A stretch of DNA of 46,416 nucleotides, filler included, from Jimgerdemannia flammicorona (taxonomy: Eukaryota), in assembly GCA_003990765.1 (NCBI GenBank). It is 2 parts of 2 records of this genome, joined end to end, with 100 filler letters (N's around TTAATTAATTAA, not from the genome) between each part and the next. Parts side by side here need not be neighbours in the genome. Positions count along the whole stretch, not along the records: positions 1 to 23,160 come from RBNJ01001146.1; 1 more part is not named here. The stretch is one strand, 5' to 3'. The notes beneath the pieces are model-generated. The model was not told the DNA's origin. It worked only from the letters and a program-made list of their open reading frames with translations, and ran no database searches. The translations under genes were made by a program, and so were the position numbers. This document shows, one piece after another, positions 11,401 through 22,700 of this stretch; the stretch's first letter is position 1, and every line of letters starts with the position of its first letter.

Positions 11401-13992
11401 GCTTTATTCTTATGAGAAGATGGTATAAAAGTCTCTGAGATTACTGATATGCTTAAGGAAGTCTCTAGACAATAGCAGGCTCTTTGATAGGATGAGGACT
11501 AGCTTGAGGGTGGTGAGAAGATAGTAATTTTGGATGATGACTTGGTGAGTAACTGGCTGATATAAGCTATGCCTGAGATAAATACTAGGGTGATAGATAG
11601 AGTAACTCTAAAGGAGGTGCTTAGAGTATTGAGAAGATATAGATTAGATCATCTCTAGGAAAGAATAGACTACCTTGGGAATTCTGAAAGAAGTTCTGGA
11701 TGGAGTTTAGAGGTTGGTTGATTGAGATGGTAAACTATATTTTAGAAGAGGGCTGCTGGATTGGCAATGGTCCTTAGGGCTGATCTCTTTACTATATAAG
11801 AAGAAAGAGGATAGAAGGATATGGTACAACTTAAGGCCAATTATACTACTAAATATAAATTAGAAGTTGATCTTGAAAATATTAATAAAGAGAATATAAC
11901 AGTAGATTAGCAGACTGATTAGTAAGGAGTAATATGAATTTATAAAGAGAAGATAGATTAGAGATAGCACTATCTATATTTAGAATATTCTAGAAGATTA
12001 TGGAAGCTATTGGATAGATAGACAGATAGTCTTTTTAGATCAAGAGAAGATATATGATAGAGTGTAATGAGACTATTTAGAGATAGTACTATAGAAGATT
12101 GGATTTGACTTTAATGAGACCAAGAGATTGATAGATTTGGTACAGAGATGTCAAGCTATAGTCTTGATGAATAGCTGAAGTGAGTCTGAGTTTACTTTAG
12201 AAAGAAGTATTCTGCAGAGTAATCTGCTTTCTTTTCTACTCTATATACTTTTATTAAAACCTCTATTAACTTAACTATAGAAACAGTTGACTAGATTGTA
12301 GATGAGAGGAGGGTGGTTTGGAAGCTGAGAGCTTTTGCAGATATATAATATAGTAGTTAAATTAAGATATATAGAAAATGTAGACATTCTATAAATTAGT
12401 ATTAAAAAGTATAAGAGAATGATAGAAGCAAAGTTAAATTGGAGAAAGTATGAGATAATAGAGTTAGATACTAGTTTGAGAGAAGATAGAAGATTTGGAT
12501 ATATAGTGGCTACAGAGAAGGCTATTTGGTATCTAGAGATCTGGTTTCTATATATGAGATGATTCTGTCTAAGGTATGGTGGTGAGAGATAGTGATGAAG
12601 TGGAAGGAGATACTATTAGAATGGTCTGAAAGAAGCTTCTCTTTAGTGAGTAGAGTAGTGATTTTGAATATTTATTAACTATCAAAGTTATAGTATGTGG
12701 GCTATTATTTAGATTTTTCTGAATAAGTAGTGAGGAGACTGTGGAGAATTATTGAAGAATGGTTTTAATGAGAAAGATGGTTACAGATTAGTTGAGAGAT
12801 AATAATAATAAGAGTAGCTGATAGGAGCTTGGGCTTAGTGAACTTTTAGAGGAGACTAAAGGCCCTTTAAGATTAGTGGAAGTAGAGACTGGTAGTCTTG
12901 AGAGAAGAGGGATAGGGCAGACTAACTATAATAATTAGAAGGTCAGATTCTGCCTATATAGTATAAAATTGAAGGATTTGAGAGATCTGCTCCAGATGGA
13001 AAATATTGGTCAGAGTTTCTGATAGAGTATAGTTGAGATCTGATTGACTATAAGACTAATTGGGCCTGAGGTAGAGAATGATAAGAATCTTGAGAAAAAT
13101 TGATAAAAGCTAAAATTACTTAGAGTTAGATATAGTAGCTTAGAGAAGTACTCATTAGAGGAAGCTATAAAATAGATAAGAGTAGACTCACTTAAGTGAT
13201 AGCCAGTTGATTGATAAAAGACTGGAATTAGTAATTCTTAAGAATGAAAAGTAACTTAAAGCTGGGCAGACTCTTTATATCAGTTGGTACCTTCTTAGTA
13301 CTGAGTAGTGTGGTGGTGATTTTTGAGAAAAAATGTGATACTAGGTTACTATATAGACTAGATAGTAGCTGAGAGCTATTGTAAGTATGAATAGTATATA
13401 GAGATTTAAGATAAGATAGTACAGATATCAGAGTATGTCTTAGTAGTCTGTCCTGTGATAGAAGATTATTAGCTGAGCTTGGAGAAGTATTAGAGCTTTA
13501 AAGATAGGAGACTAGAGAATACTATTAAGATAATAGTTAAAAGAAGATTGATAGGAGAGACAGATAATGTGTAAGATAGTATTAATCAGATTCTAGATAT
13601 CTGAGTCCTAATAACTACTCATTAGTGATGGGTCTTTAAAAAAAGACAATAGATAGGAGTTAGAGAGCTGATAGATAGATGATAGTAGTTTTTCTGAGAA
13701 ATAATACAAGAGTAGTAGTATCAGGGGAAGCAGAATCAATTAAGAGCTCTAAAGAGAGTATAGGAGATTATAATATAAAATCAGAGCTACTTAGTATTAG
13801 ATAACTAGAGTGAGATAGAAGAAAGATATTAACTAATAGTCTCTTTTGAGATTATAAATCTATATCTTCTTTATATAAAATAGTTACTACTGATTTAATA
13901 TGTAGACAATTTATTATATATAGAATTAATAGAATAAAGTATTATAGTATTTATAAAAAATAAAAAATAAAATAAAAAAAAATAAAAAAAAA
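8145..13992 (+). mobile_element. LINE family C copy 1, near full length, very heavily decayed
   Basis: Residual motifs: FFQD (~10323), GDFNI-like (~10628), RIDWV (~10826), PWSDH-like (~10894), LEEGKRSTKYLSDVLKVRRV (~11330), FLDQEKIYDRV (~12032), QGDPLS-like (~12215), AFAD (~12331). Degenerate poly(A) at 13954-13992. Similar to 14320-17609. The 5' boundary is approximate. Confidence 0.85.
8380..8443 (+). mobile_element. Minimal TPRT insertion: CTAT + A30 flanked by a perfect 15-bp TSD
   Basis: GAGAGTAATAGAGGC at 8380-8394 and 8429-8443 flanks CTAT(A)30. LINEs in this window end in ...GACTAT(A)n. Confidence 0.85.
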
Positions 13993-14019
13993 TTAAAGAA
14001 GTAATTAAGCAATTTATCT

Positions 14020-14280
14020 TAAGAACTATCTCTGAAGTTACTCCTCAGACTACCTCTGAAGCCTCTACTCCTGAGATCTCTGAAGTCACTATCTAAACTC
14101 AAGCTATTATCTAAGCTTAAATCACTATCTAAGCTATCACTACTGCCCAAGTTCAAGCTATATACTACTGCTGCCTAAGCTGCTACTGCTATCTAAGTTA
14201 CTACTACTGTATAAACTACCACTCAAGCCCAAGCTACTGCCCAAGCCCAAGTCACTACTATCATCTAAGCCACTATTTTA
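14020..14280 (+). repeat. Low-complexity degenerate repeat (CAAGCT/ACTACTGCC-type units; Gln/Ala/Thr-rich if translated)
   Basis: Repeated (C/T)AAGC(C/T) and ACTACT/ACTGCC words in triplet phase, e.g. TQAQATAQAQVTTI near 14221. Confidence 0.55.
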
Positions 14281-14287
14281 AAAACTA

Positions 14288-14291
<4 letters not shown>

Positions 14292-14322
<31 letters not shown>

Positions 14323-17300
14323 GTCACTTAGACTCCTTTATTACAAACTATCTAATATAATAATAACAAACTACAAACTACTACTAATATCACATAATAC
14401 ACATAAGTAGAGTCCTTCAGCCAACTCCTTCCTTTTATCTTACCCTATAATTATCTAATACCAGATACCCTTGACTCCACTGTATAATGTCCTGCACCTT
14501 CTTTAAGGCCTCTGGTTGAAGTTGCTTCCCTTGATATCACTACCCCTAAACCACTTTCTGGAGAAGCCACCTCTACCACTCCACCATCTCTCTAATCCCC
14601 ATCCATGGATCCTGTTCAAAAATCTACTGCCAATGCACTGCCATCAAGGCCCAGACCCCCAGAACTCTACCTAGGCTCCCCCATATATTACCAATTTCCC
14701 CTACCAGTCGATACTTGACCACCAGACTGGCCAGATCCTCTGTCCTTTATCTCTCTGAGCCCCAGTAACCTTCCAAACTCTGCCAAAACCCTTCTATGTC
14801 TGAGCAGGCCCCCAGAATATGTTCCAGTGTCTGAACAACCCCTCTATCTACCTTATTACACCACTCACAGTTCCAACAGCTATCTACTTCCATCCAGCCT
14901 ATCCAATAGCTCAGCATCACATTACATCTCAAAAATTGCCACCAAACCACCCAGTACTTGGGTGACACCAACTTACATACTGAGGCTCCCCAATTCCAAA
15001 TTTGAACCCACTCCCAGTCTTCACCAATATCAGCTCTCTGCCAACCAGGTGGCCATCTCTCCAGAGGGCTGGATCTGATCCACTCCATTGCCTCAATCAG
15101 AGAGTACTCCTTTAGACTGTGGCCATCAATGTGAAGGTCTCCCAGTCACCACCATCTCTGCTCAGAGTTCTCACCCACCTCTATTTCTAGACCTGCCAAC
15201 CCCATGGCCAGCCAGACCTCTACAATACCCCACCAGAACCCCTTAAACCACAGTCTACCTACACTTCCAACCTGAAGCAAGCCCCGTATATTCTTCCAAA
15301 CCTCACCACAAGAGCAGAACCAGACCTTCCAATTGTCTATGGCCAGCCTGCCCCAACCTTCCTCACCTAGTTCTATCATTTGGCATCCCCACCAACCCTG
15401 AAGTACCTTCAGCCAGCACCTGAAATCCATCAGCCCCAGGCCTCCATCAGAAGTTCTCATCACCAAAGTCTCCCATCCAATCTGTGGATACCTCCTATAT
15501 CATAACCACTCTTCTATAATCTTCTTCAGCTACTGCACCACCCACTCCGGAAAATCCAGATGATAACCCAGATACTACAGTTTGGGCAGCCAATACACAT
15601 TCAAGACCACTATCCTGCCAACCAAGGAGAAGCTCCTCCCTGACCAATCTGTCAGTGCACCTTCCAGTTTCTAAATCAATCCACACCACCACTCCCTTGG
15701 CAGGACTATCCCATATACTGAGAACCAGATACCCAGATACCAAACAGTACTCTCTGTAGCTATCAGTTGTCTGAATTGTCCATATCCCCCCAGGCCGGCA
15801 CCAAGTTCCATTGTCTCACACTTGCCCCAATTCAACTTTGCCCCTGCCAGCCTCTCATACTGTCCAACCCCCTCTTGTAGAGCTTCTATATTCTCCCGAC
15901 TACCCAACTCTACCATCATGTCATCTGCAAAGGCACCCAACTGCCAGACCACATCTCTCATCTGCAGTCCAGAGAGCCACCTCTTTAGCCATACTAGCAA
16001 AGGCTCCAGAGAAAGTACATAAAGAAGGGGGGAGAGAGGATCCCCCTGTAGTACTCCTCACCCCAAGGCAAATTCTGGTCCACACCATCCATTCATCATT
16101 ACTGCTGCTCAGCTTCCCCTTACCAAGCCCATCAGTTACCCTGCCTTTACTACACCAAACCCTGCCCTCCTTAGAATAGCCTCCAGGTAACTCCACCACA
16201 CTCTATCATAGGCCTTCTCTTGATCCAGAAAGATCATCTGGCCATCTACCTGCTGGCTCCTACAGCTCTCTAAGACATTCTGCACCCAGACAGTACTGTC
16301 TCTGATCTGTCTCTCCTTGACAAAGCCTTACTGCTCTTTCTCAACTAGCATACCAACATACTGCTGTATCCTCCCTGCTAGAATCTTTGATACCAACTTT
16401 CTATCCACATTCAGCAGCATGATCAGTCACCAATTACACTATACTTGTTGATCTCTCTTCTCCTTATATAGAAGAGAAACTAGCCCCAAGGAACTATTGC
16501 CAATCCAGCTACCCTCCTTCAGAACAGTATTGGCCATCTCCACCAACTAGTCACCAAACTCGGTCTTGAACTCCTTCCAGAATTCCCAGGGCAACCCATC
16601 CTCCCCAGGAGATGAACCAGTCTACATCTTCCTCAGTACTTCCAATACTTCATCTAGAGATACCTCCCCCATGACTGCCTCCCCTATCTTGGGTATCACT
16701 GCTACTGGCCAATTAGTCACCATATTGTTGTTATCCTCCCCAAGCCTGGCACTCTCAGCATACTCCCTGCTATTCTGCCAAAGAGCTTGCCATTGGCCAG
16801 ATACCTCCTCTAATATGTCAGCAATCCCAGAGACCTCTACTCCATCTTCATGCAATACTGAGGCCCAACTATGTCATACTCTTCTGGCCTTCAAGACACC
16901 AAACAGATATCTCATCGGCCTCTCTCCTTCTTCCAACCATCTAGCTTGCAGTCTGGCCAGCAGGCCATCAACCACCCTGGTCTCAGACACCCTTAAATCT
17001 ATCTGCAGCTCTGCCACCTCTAATGCCAACCAGTGGCACACCTCTCCAGACAAGTTCCCTCTTTCCAAAAGCTTCAATTACCATCTCAGCTCCTTCTCTA
17101 CTCTCCTTTTCTTGTCCTTCTGTTCCTTTCCCGCCACTTCTCCAACATCATGCTAGTAAGCACTAGCCAAATGTTTAAATTTACCCCACCATTCTGCTAT
17201 CAACTGCCCTTCATTCTACCATTGTATAACTTCCTGTCTCATAACCATCACAAAATTGTCCCTCTCCTTCTTTCTCTTGAGTAAGGCCACATTGAGGCAC

Positions 17301-17609
17301 CAGCACCCTCTACCACTGCCTGCTGCTTGGAATCTACCACAAACCTCTACTCTCTAGTGATCAGACCAAGGGCACTAGCACATCTCAGTAGTGTCCAGTA
17401 TATTGCCCCAGCACTCTGCCACTAGTACTCAATCTATTCACATCCCTACCAATGCTGTTCCAACTGGATAACACTGGGTGAAAGATTCCAACTTATCTCC
17501 TTATTGTTGATGAATGCCATCCATCAAACCTGTGTTATGCTCCACCTGAAGCCATTGAGAAAGTCCAGAGAATACTGTGACTTCTGCTCCACCATCAGAC
17601 CTATCCAGT
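14292..17609 (-). mobile_element. LINE family C copy 2 (3' part of ORF2 with poly(A)), interrupted in the endonuclease by the gypsy element
   Basis: Poly(T) 14292-14319. Motifs CPWSDH, LEEGERPMRYLFGVLKARRV, SPGEDGLP, FLDQEKAYDRV, GAFADD, YLGIWF, GGLGLMDF, CEWC...TLEHILGAC. Stops abruptly at the LTR start (17610). Confidence 0.92.
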
Positions 17610-19676
17610 TGTAAGCGCACAACCTCCAAGCCACCGAAATTACATGTCACCCTCTGAACAAGCCACCGAAATTACACGCGACCTCTGAACAAATCTGGAA
17701 ATCACCTGCTTGATCACGAAGCTGAGTCAAACCAAAGTCACAGTGCACAAAGCTGAGTCAATACAAAGTCATGGAATATAAGATTTATACAAACGGAATC
17801 TTACCAATCAGGACCAAATGCATATATACCAAGCACCAAGATGCATCAAATCAGAGAACCAAAACAAACAACAACCACAACTTCCAAATACACAAATATG
17901 ACCACTGAGATCTACAACTGTATCCATGCTGACATTTGGAATGCCATTGTTAACTGAGCCACACCCCCTCTGCCCCTCATAAATATCCATAGCCTGGCAC
18001 CCCTCTACTTCGTGGAAGCCCGATGGAACACCCTGAACATGCTTAGTGAGGCCCACTGAATCGGACAAATCTCAAGCTACTACCAGATTGACCACCTCCT
18101 GGAAGATATGGTCGAACACCACCATGATACAGACATTACCCAGATGTCTCAACACCAGAAGCTCATCACCCGCAAACATCGAGAACTCTTCTATGAGTAC
18201 AATACCTTTATTCCCTGCCTCCGAGTCACTACCAGTGAAATGGTTGCTACCCTGTCCTATGGCCAAATCGATGATATGATACAAGAACTCAACCACAAGT
18301 ACCTCGAATACGTCCAGACTATAGACAGAACCTTCCCACACCCTGATGACCATATCCTGCAAATGCCTCAAGTCAGATATGCCATGAAGGATGTCTATGA
18401 TATAATCCACTTCAACGAAGATGAAGCAGAAGACAATGATCCCTCTGATACCGACATGACCTCTAGCCAAGGATCTCTGCCAACCCTGATCACACTGCCA
18501 AACTTGCCGATGAACTTGCAACAGTTCATAACTGCATACAAGACTTATTGAGACAATGACCACTGGTATGAATACTAACCTGCGTTCACCCCTGACTACT
18601 TCAACTACAATGAGGAGACCAGAGAACACAATCTGTACCTCCAGACAACCCTCGAGATTAAACCAACCACTCTACCACCTGAGTACGAGCAATATGAACC
18701 ATAGCCGCCAGCTTACTACAATCCTGCAACTCATAGTGCTGTAACCTATAGAAGATATGTAGATAGTGAATCTGATGAAAGCGAAAACAATATACCCATC
18801 CTTCGCCCACCAACACCTTATCCAGCCTATGAGACAGACGATGCTATCCTGTGGGACGGAGATGAAGTCCCAATGTATTACTACCTCAGCGAACAAGGAG
18901 AAGTAATCTGCGAACCACTCTTCCTAGATGACTACTTTATCAGAGATGATGCAATCGATGGTGATGTCATCGAAGACTACCCAGATAGTGCCTAAACCCA
19001 TAAATAGCCTAGCAGTTATAGTATAGTTAGATTAGCATTGTATGATGTGACTGTGAACTGACTCAGCAGTCAGACGATCTCTTGATATATCAGATCACAC
19101 TTATACTATGTGACTACATTCCGACTTAACAAGGCACTTAGTGCTACATCCATATCTAGCATAACCCAGATAGCCCCTCACTAGTATAAATACCCCCTCC
19201 CCCAGACCTCAGAATCTCAGACTTGAACACACAAGAACATTCCTGAATACTTCCCCACAATACCCCTTCACACAACTACTCCTAGTATACATAGCAATAT
19301 CATGAATAGCAAATAAACCTATTCCATAACCCACAAACTACTCTTAAGTAAATTCACTCCCTGTTAGGTCCTACTCCTAACCCCGTCACGAAATTTCCTA
19401 ATTGGGTATTATCTGCAGCGATACGCCAATTCAACTAAGCTGGTCTTAGTTTCTTGAACTTCCTGAAATACGGAAAATCCTGAACATCTAGAACCAGTCC
19501 AAAAAAAGGACTTTGGTTGAGACATCAACCTAATCTTGGAATCAATAAGCATAGAGGACATACTCCATACAAAATTGATCTTGACCATAAGAAAACGGTC
19601 TTCCAGAACATTCAGAATATCCAGAAAACCCTTCCAGAACTACGTAATGGTCACCCTAAAAAGTAACCCTCTTACA
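17610..19676 (+). repeat. 5' LTR of gypsy copy 1 (2067 bp)
   Basis: Starts TGTAAG and ends CTTACA (6-bp inverted termini), the same termini as the LTRs of copy 2. TATAAATA at 19185-19192, AATAAA at 19312-19317. Followed by the PBS. Confidence 0.9.
17841..18995 (+). pseudogene. Orphan 385-codon ORF inside LTR U3, function unknown
   Basis: One frame from ATG 17841 to TAA 18995 with no frameshift. The five internal stops (17955, 18057, 18549 TGA; 18576 TAA; 18702 TAG) each revert with a single T-to-C change. Includes ORF-track entry 18108-18551. Confidence 0.7.
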
Positions 19677-19679
19677 ACT

Positions 19680-19690
19680 TGGTAGCAGCA
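19680..19690 (+). promoter_or_regulatory. Primer-binding site, probably initiator tRNA-Met
   Basis: TGGTAGCAGC 3 nt after the LTR end. TGGTAGC is complementary to the GCUACCA 3' end typical of fungal and animal tRNAi-Met. Confidence 0.7.
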
Positions 19691-19715
19691 GTTTTCAATC
19701 CAATTCTGCTTCAAG

Positions 19716-22700
19716 ACGCTTCCTCACCCCACTACAAACCCCTCTGCGAATTTCTACAAGTTGGTATAAAGCCCAACCTCTGAACTGGAATTTATCTTGA
19801 ACCATCTGACAATCTGGAGAGAATCGAACCTGATGTATAAGGACAATTTGACCTCCACACCTGCAACAAGTGGGACAAACTTCATTCAAAGAAAGAAGTA
19901 CTCAGGTTAAATCAGCAAATAGGCAAAATCCTATTCACCAAACTCCTTGCACTACACCCAGCAAGCCAAGATGAAGAAGGTCTTATTGAAGCCTTCTTTA
20001 CTCTTCTCAACAAGAGTTTTGTCAGCTCCACAAATCCAAGTGACCTAGGACAACCAGCAGCAGTCTTTCTAGCCTTAGTTCCTCATGAAGCCCAAGCCTC
20101 TATAGCCAAGTGGCTCAACTCTACCAACTTTCACCGCACCAGGACTAAGACTGCCTTATACTACCGATTCCAGAACAGCAAGGCCTGCCATATTCTTAAA
20201 GAAGAAGCAAGAGAAACCCTTCATCAACTACCTGACCCTGAACCTGAAGCAGGCCCTGCCACAGCCCTACTCGAATCTGAAACTAATACTGAACCTGAAC
20301 TTGACTTTGAATTAAGTCCATCTGAAATCAGATATATAACTGATTCTGTCTACTTTGACGCTGAGCAAACCCAATTACATGGGGACCAAACCGAAGAAGA
20401 GGAGGAGTATCTCAGTAAATTCAATCCCAGATATACCACTGAAGGAGAAGTACCTCCATCAGGACAGAATACACCTACATAGCAATAAATAGTTATCTAT
20501 CAAGCCCTCACTCCAGATCCACAACTACTACTCCAGCAACTTACACAGACCCAAAGAACCCCATCACACTCTGCACCAGTACCTCAAGTAGTATCAGTAA
20601 CACCACTACCAGCAGTCCAACCGCCTCCAGTAAACAACATAGTGAACCAACAGATTCTAGACCTCACAGCCCAAGTAGCTATAATGGCAGCAACCATTAC
20701 TGCCTTAGCTGAACAGACCCAACCTACCAAAAATCTGAGCCTACCTACCTTCAATAGTACTGCATAAGAAGTCCAAAGCTTTATTAGTGTAGTTGACACC
20801 AACTTCGAAGCCAATCAATGGACCAATGAGCAAGTAGCTGACTGTGTTCTGACAAACAATCAAGACCACACCCTGGAACAACTCTTTGCTACAACTACAG
20901 CCTATGTCCACTGAGTTGTTACATTCTTCCGAGGACCTGCCGAAGAATGGTGGCGAACCCTTCCTGAAAAACCCCTCACATGGGATACCCAACCTGCAGT
21001 AGTTGCCCAGAATGCAGCAAACAATGCCCCAGGATACAGAGCCCATCCTGCAGCCCCTGGACTCAAACAACTCATGATTGCCCAATACCGCAGTGAAACC
21101 ATGATTGCTGAATCTCGAGTAAAACTCCACAACCTCAAATTTGATGTATATGACAAAGAAGAATTTGAAACCTTCTATACAAAACTCGAGTCACTCCTGA
21201 ACACTGTTGGCCTAGGATACATCGCCAATGATGAAGCACAAAATGGTACAAGAGCAGACCATTTATTTGATGCACTACCTGAATGGCTTAATAGAAAAAT
21301 CCGAGAACAAGGCCGCCCAGTTGGTTGTGACCACCAACAATGGTGCCTGGCAAAAATTAAGACCATAGTCAAGCGAATCCTAACAGCTGGACCAATTCTG
21401 CCCCGAAGGCAATTCAACAACAAGAAAAAGACTTGGACTAAGAAAGAAGAACCCAAGCATGAAGCATCTTGAGCTCCCTCCACATCCACCTCTTGGACAC
21501 CCAGAAATCATGAACCCACCCAGCCAAGTACCTTCAAGAAACTTACTGAAGGCGAAAGAAATGAACTTCGAAGAAGTGGAGCATGCTTCTATTGCTGAAA
21601 GACAGGACACATGGCCAGTGCCTGCCCCAACCGAAAACCCCGAACAGCAACATGAGCAACTGTTACCACTCTGCACCACCTCAACAACCTGACCACCAGA
21701 ACACTGGACTTTGTCAAGTTAAGACAAACTGCTAAGGCCCCAACTAAAGGAAGTCAAAAAGCAGCTGGATATGACCTGTATACAGCCGAAGAAGCTACAG
21801 TTTCTAACCGAGAAGTCAAACAAGTCTATACAGGAATTAGTATCCAAATCCCTGAAGGACATGTTGGAAGAATATGCTGTCACAGCAGCCTAGCACTGAA
21901 AGGACTCTCAGTAGAAGGAGGAGTCATTGACGAAGATTATATAGGCGAAATTATTGTCCTCATTCGAAACCACAGTTGGACACCCTTCAAGATCCCTATT
22001 GGCTTCTGCATCACCCAGATCCTATTCGAAAAAATTGAGTTAATGCTGACAGTCAAGGAAGTCCCTGAACTACTGCCCACCATCTGAGGATCTAAAGGAT
22101 TTGGCTCATCAAACAAAGCCCCAGCCAAACCTACTATAAGCAAAGAAGAACAATTCTACAAGAAGATCGAAGATAGATATGTACCAAGTGGCTGATGCCC
22201 TCATGGTATTGGAATGTACTCTTCCCGAATGATTGATGATTGCTTCTCTTGTGTCAACAAACTGGCTCAAAGAAGAACCAACAGAAGAAAGGCTCCTATA
22301 ACTGAAATCACCACCATTAGATCAGACAAACTGCTCACCCTTAAGGCTTTTGTCAATGGAGCACCTGTCAAGATTATGATAGACAGTGGTGCCTCAGGCA
22401 ACTTCATCAATGAGGAAACAGCCAACAGACTCAAGGTCTTCACCTCTCCAGTACAGCAAACTCAAGCAGTTGCTACAGCTGATGGAATCTCATATGTTAT
22501 TAGCAAAGAAGTCCGCAATCTACCCTTCTGAATTGGCGACTACCGAGTACATGTTACCCTCCAAATCGTACCACTTCCTGACAATGAAATCATCCTTGGG
22601 ACTCCATGGTTAAAACAAGAGAACCTCATGATTGATTGGGTAAACCATTTGCTGACCATCAAGAAAGGACACCACAACTTCAAACTACAAGGTGAAAAGG

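Noticed and set aside
17841..18995. U3 ORF as an env gene
   Set aside because: No signal peptide, furin site or transmembrane segment visible; the C-terminus is acidic.
21704..22111. dUTPase as a defence against the observed C-to-T decay
   Set aside because: dUTPase limits dUTP incorporation during synthesis and cannot prevent deamination of genomic (methyl)cytosine; both dUTPase copies are themselves decayed.
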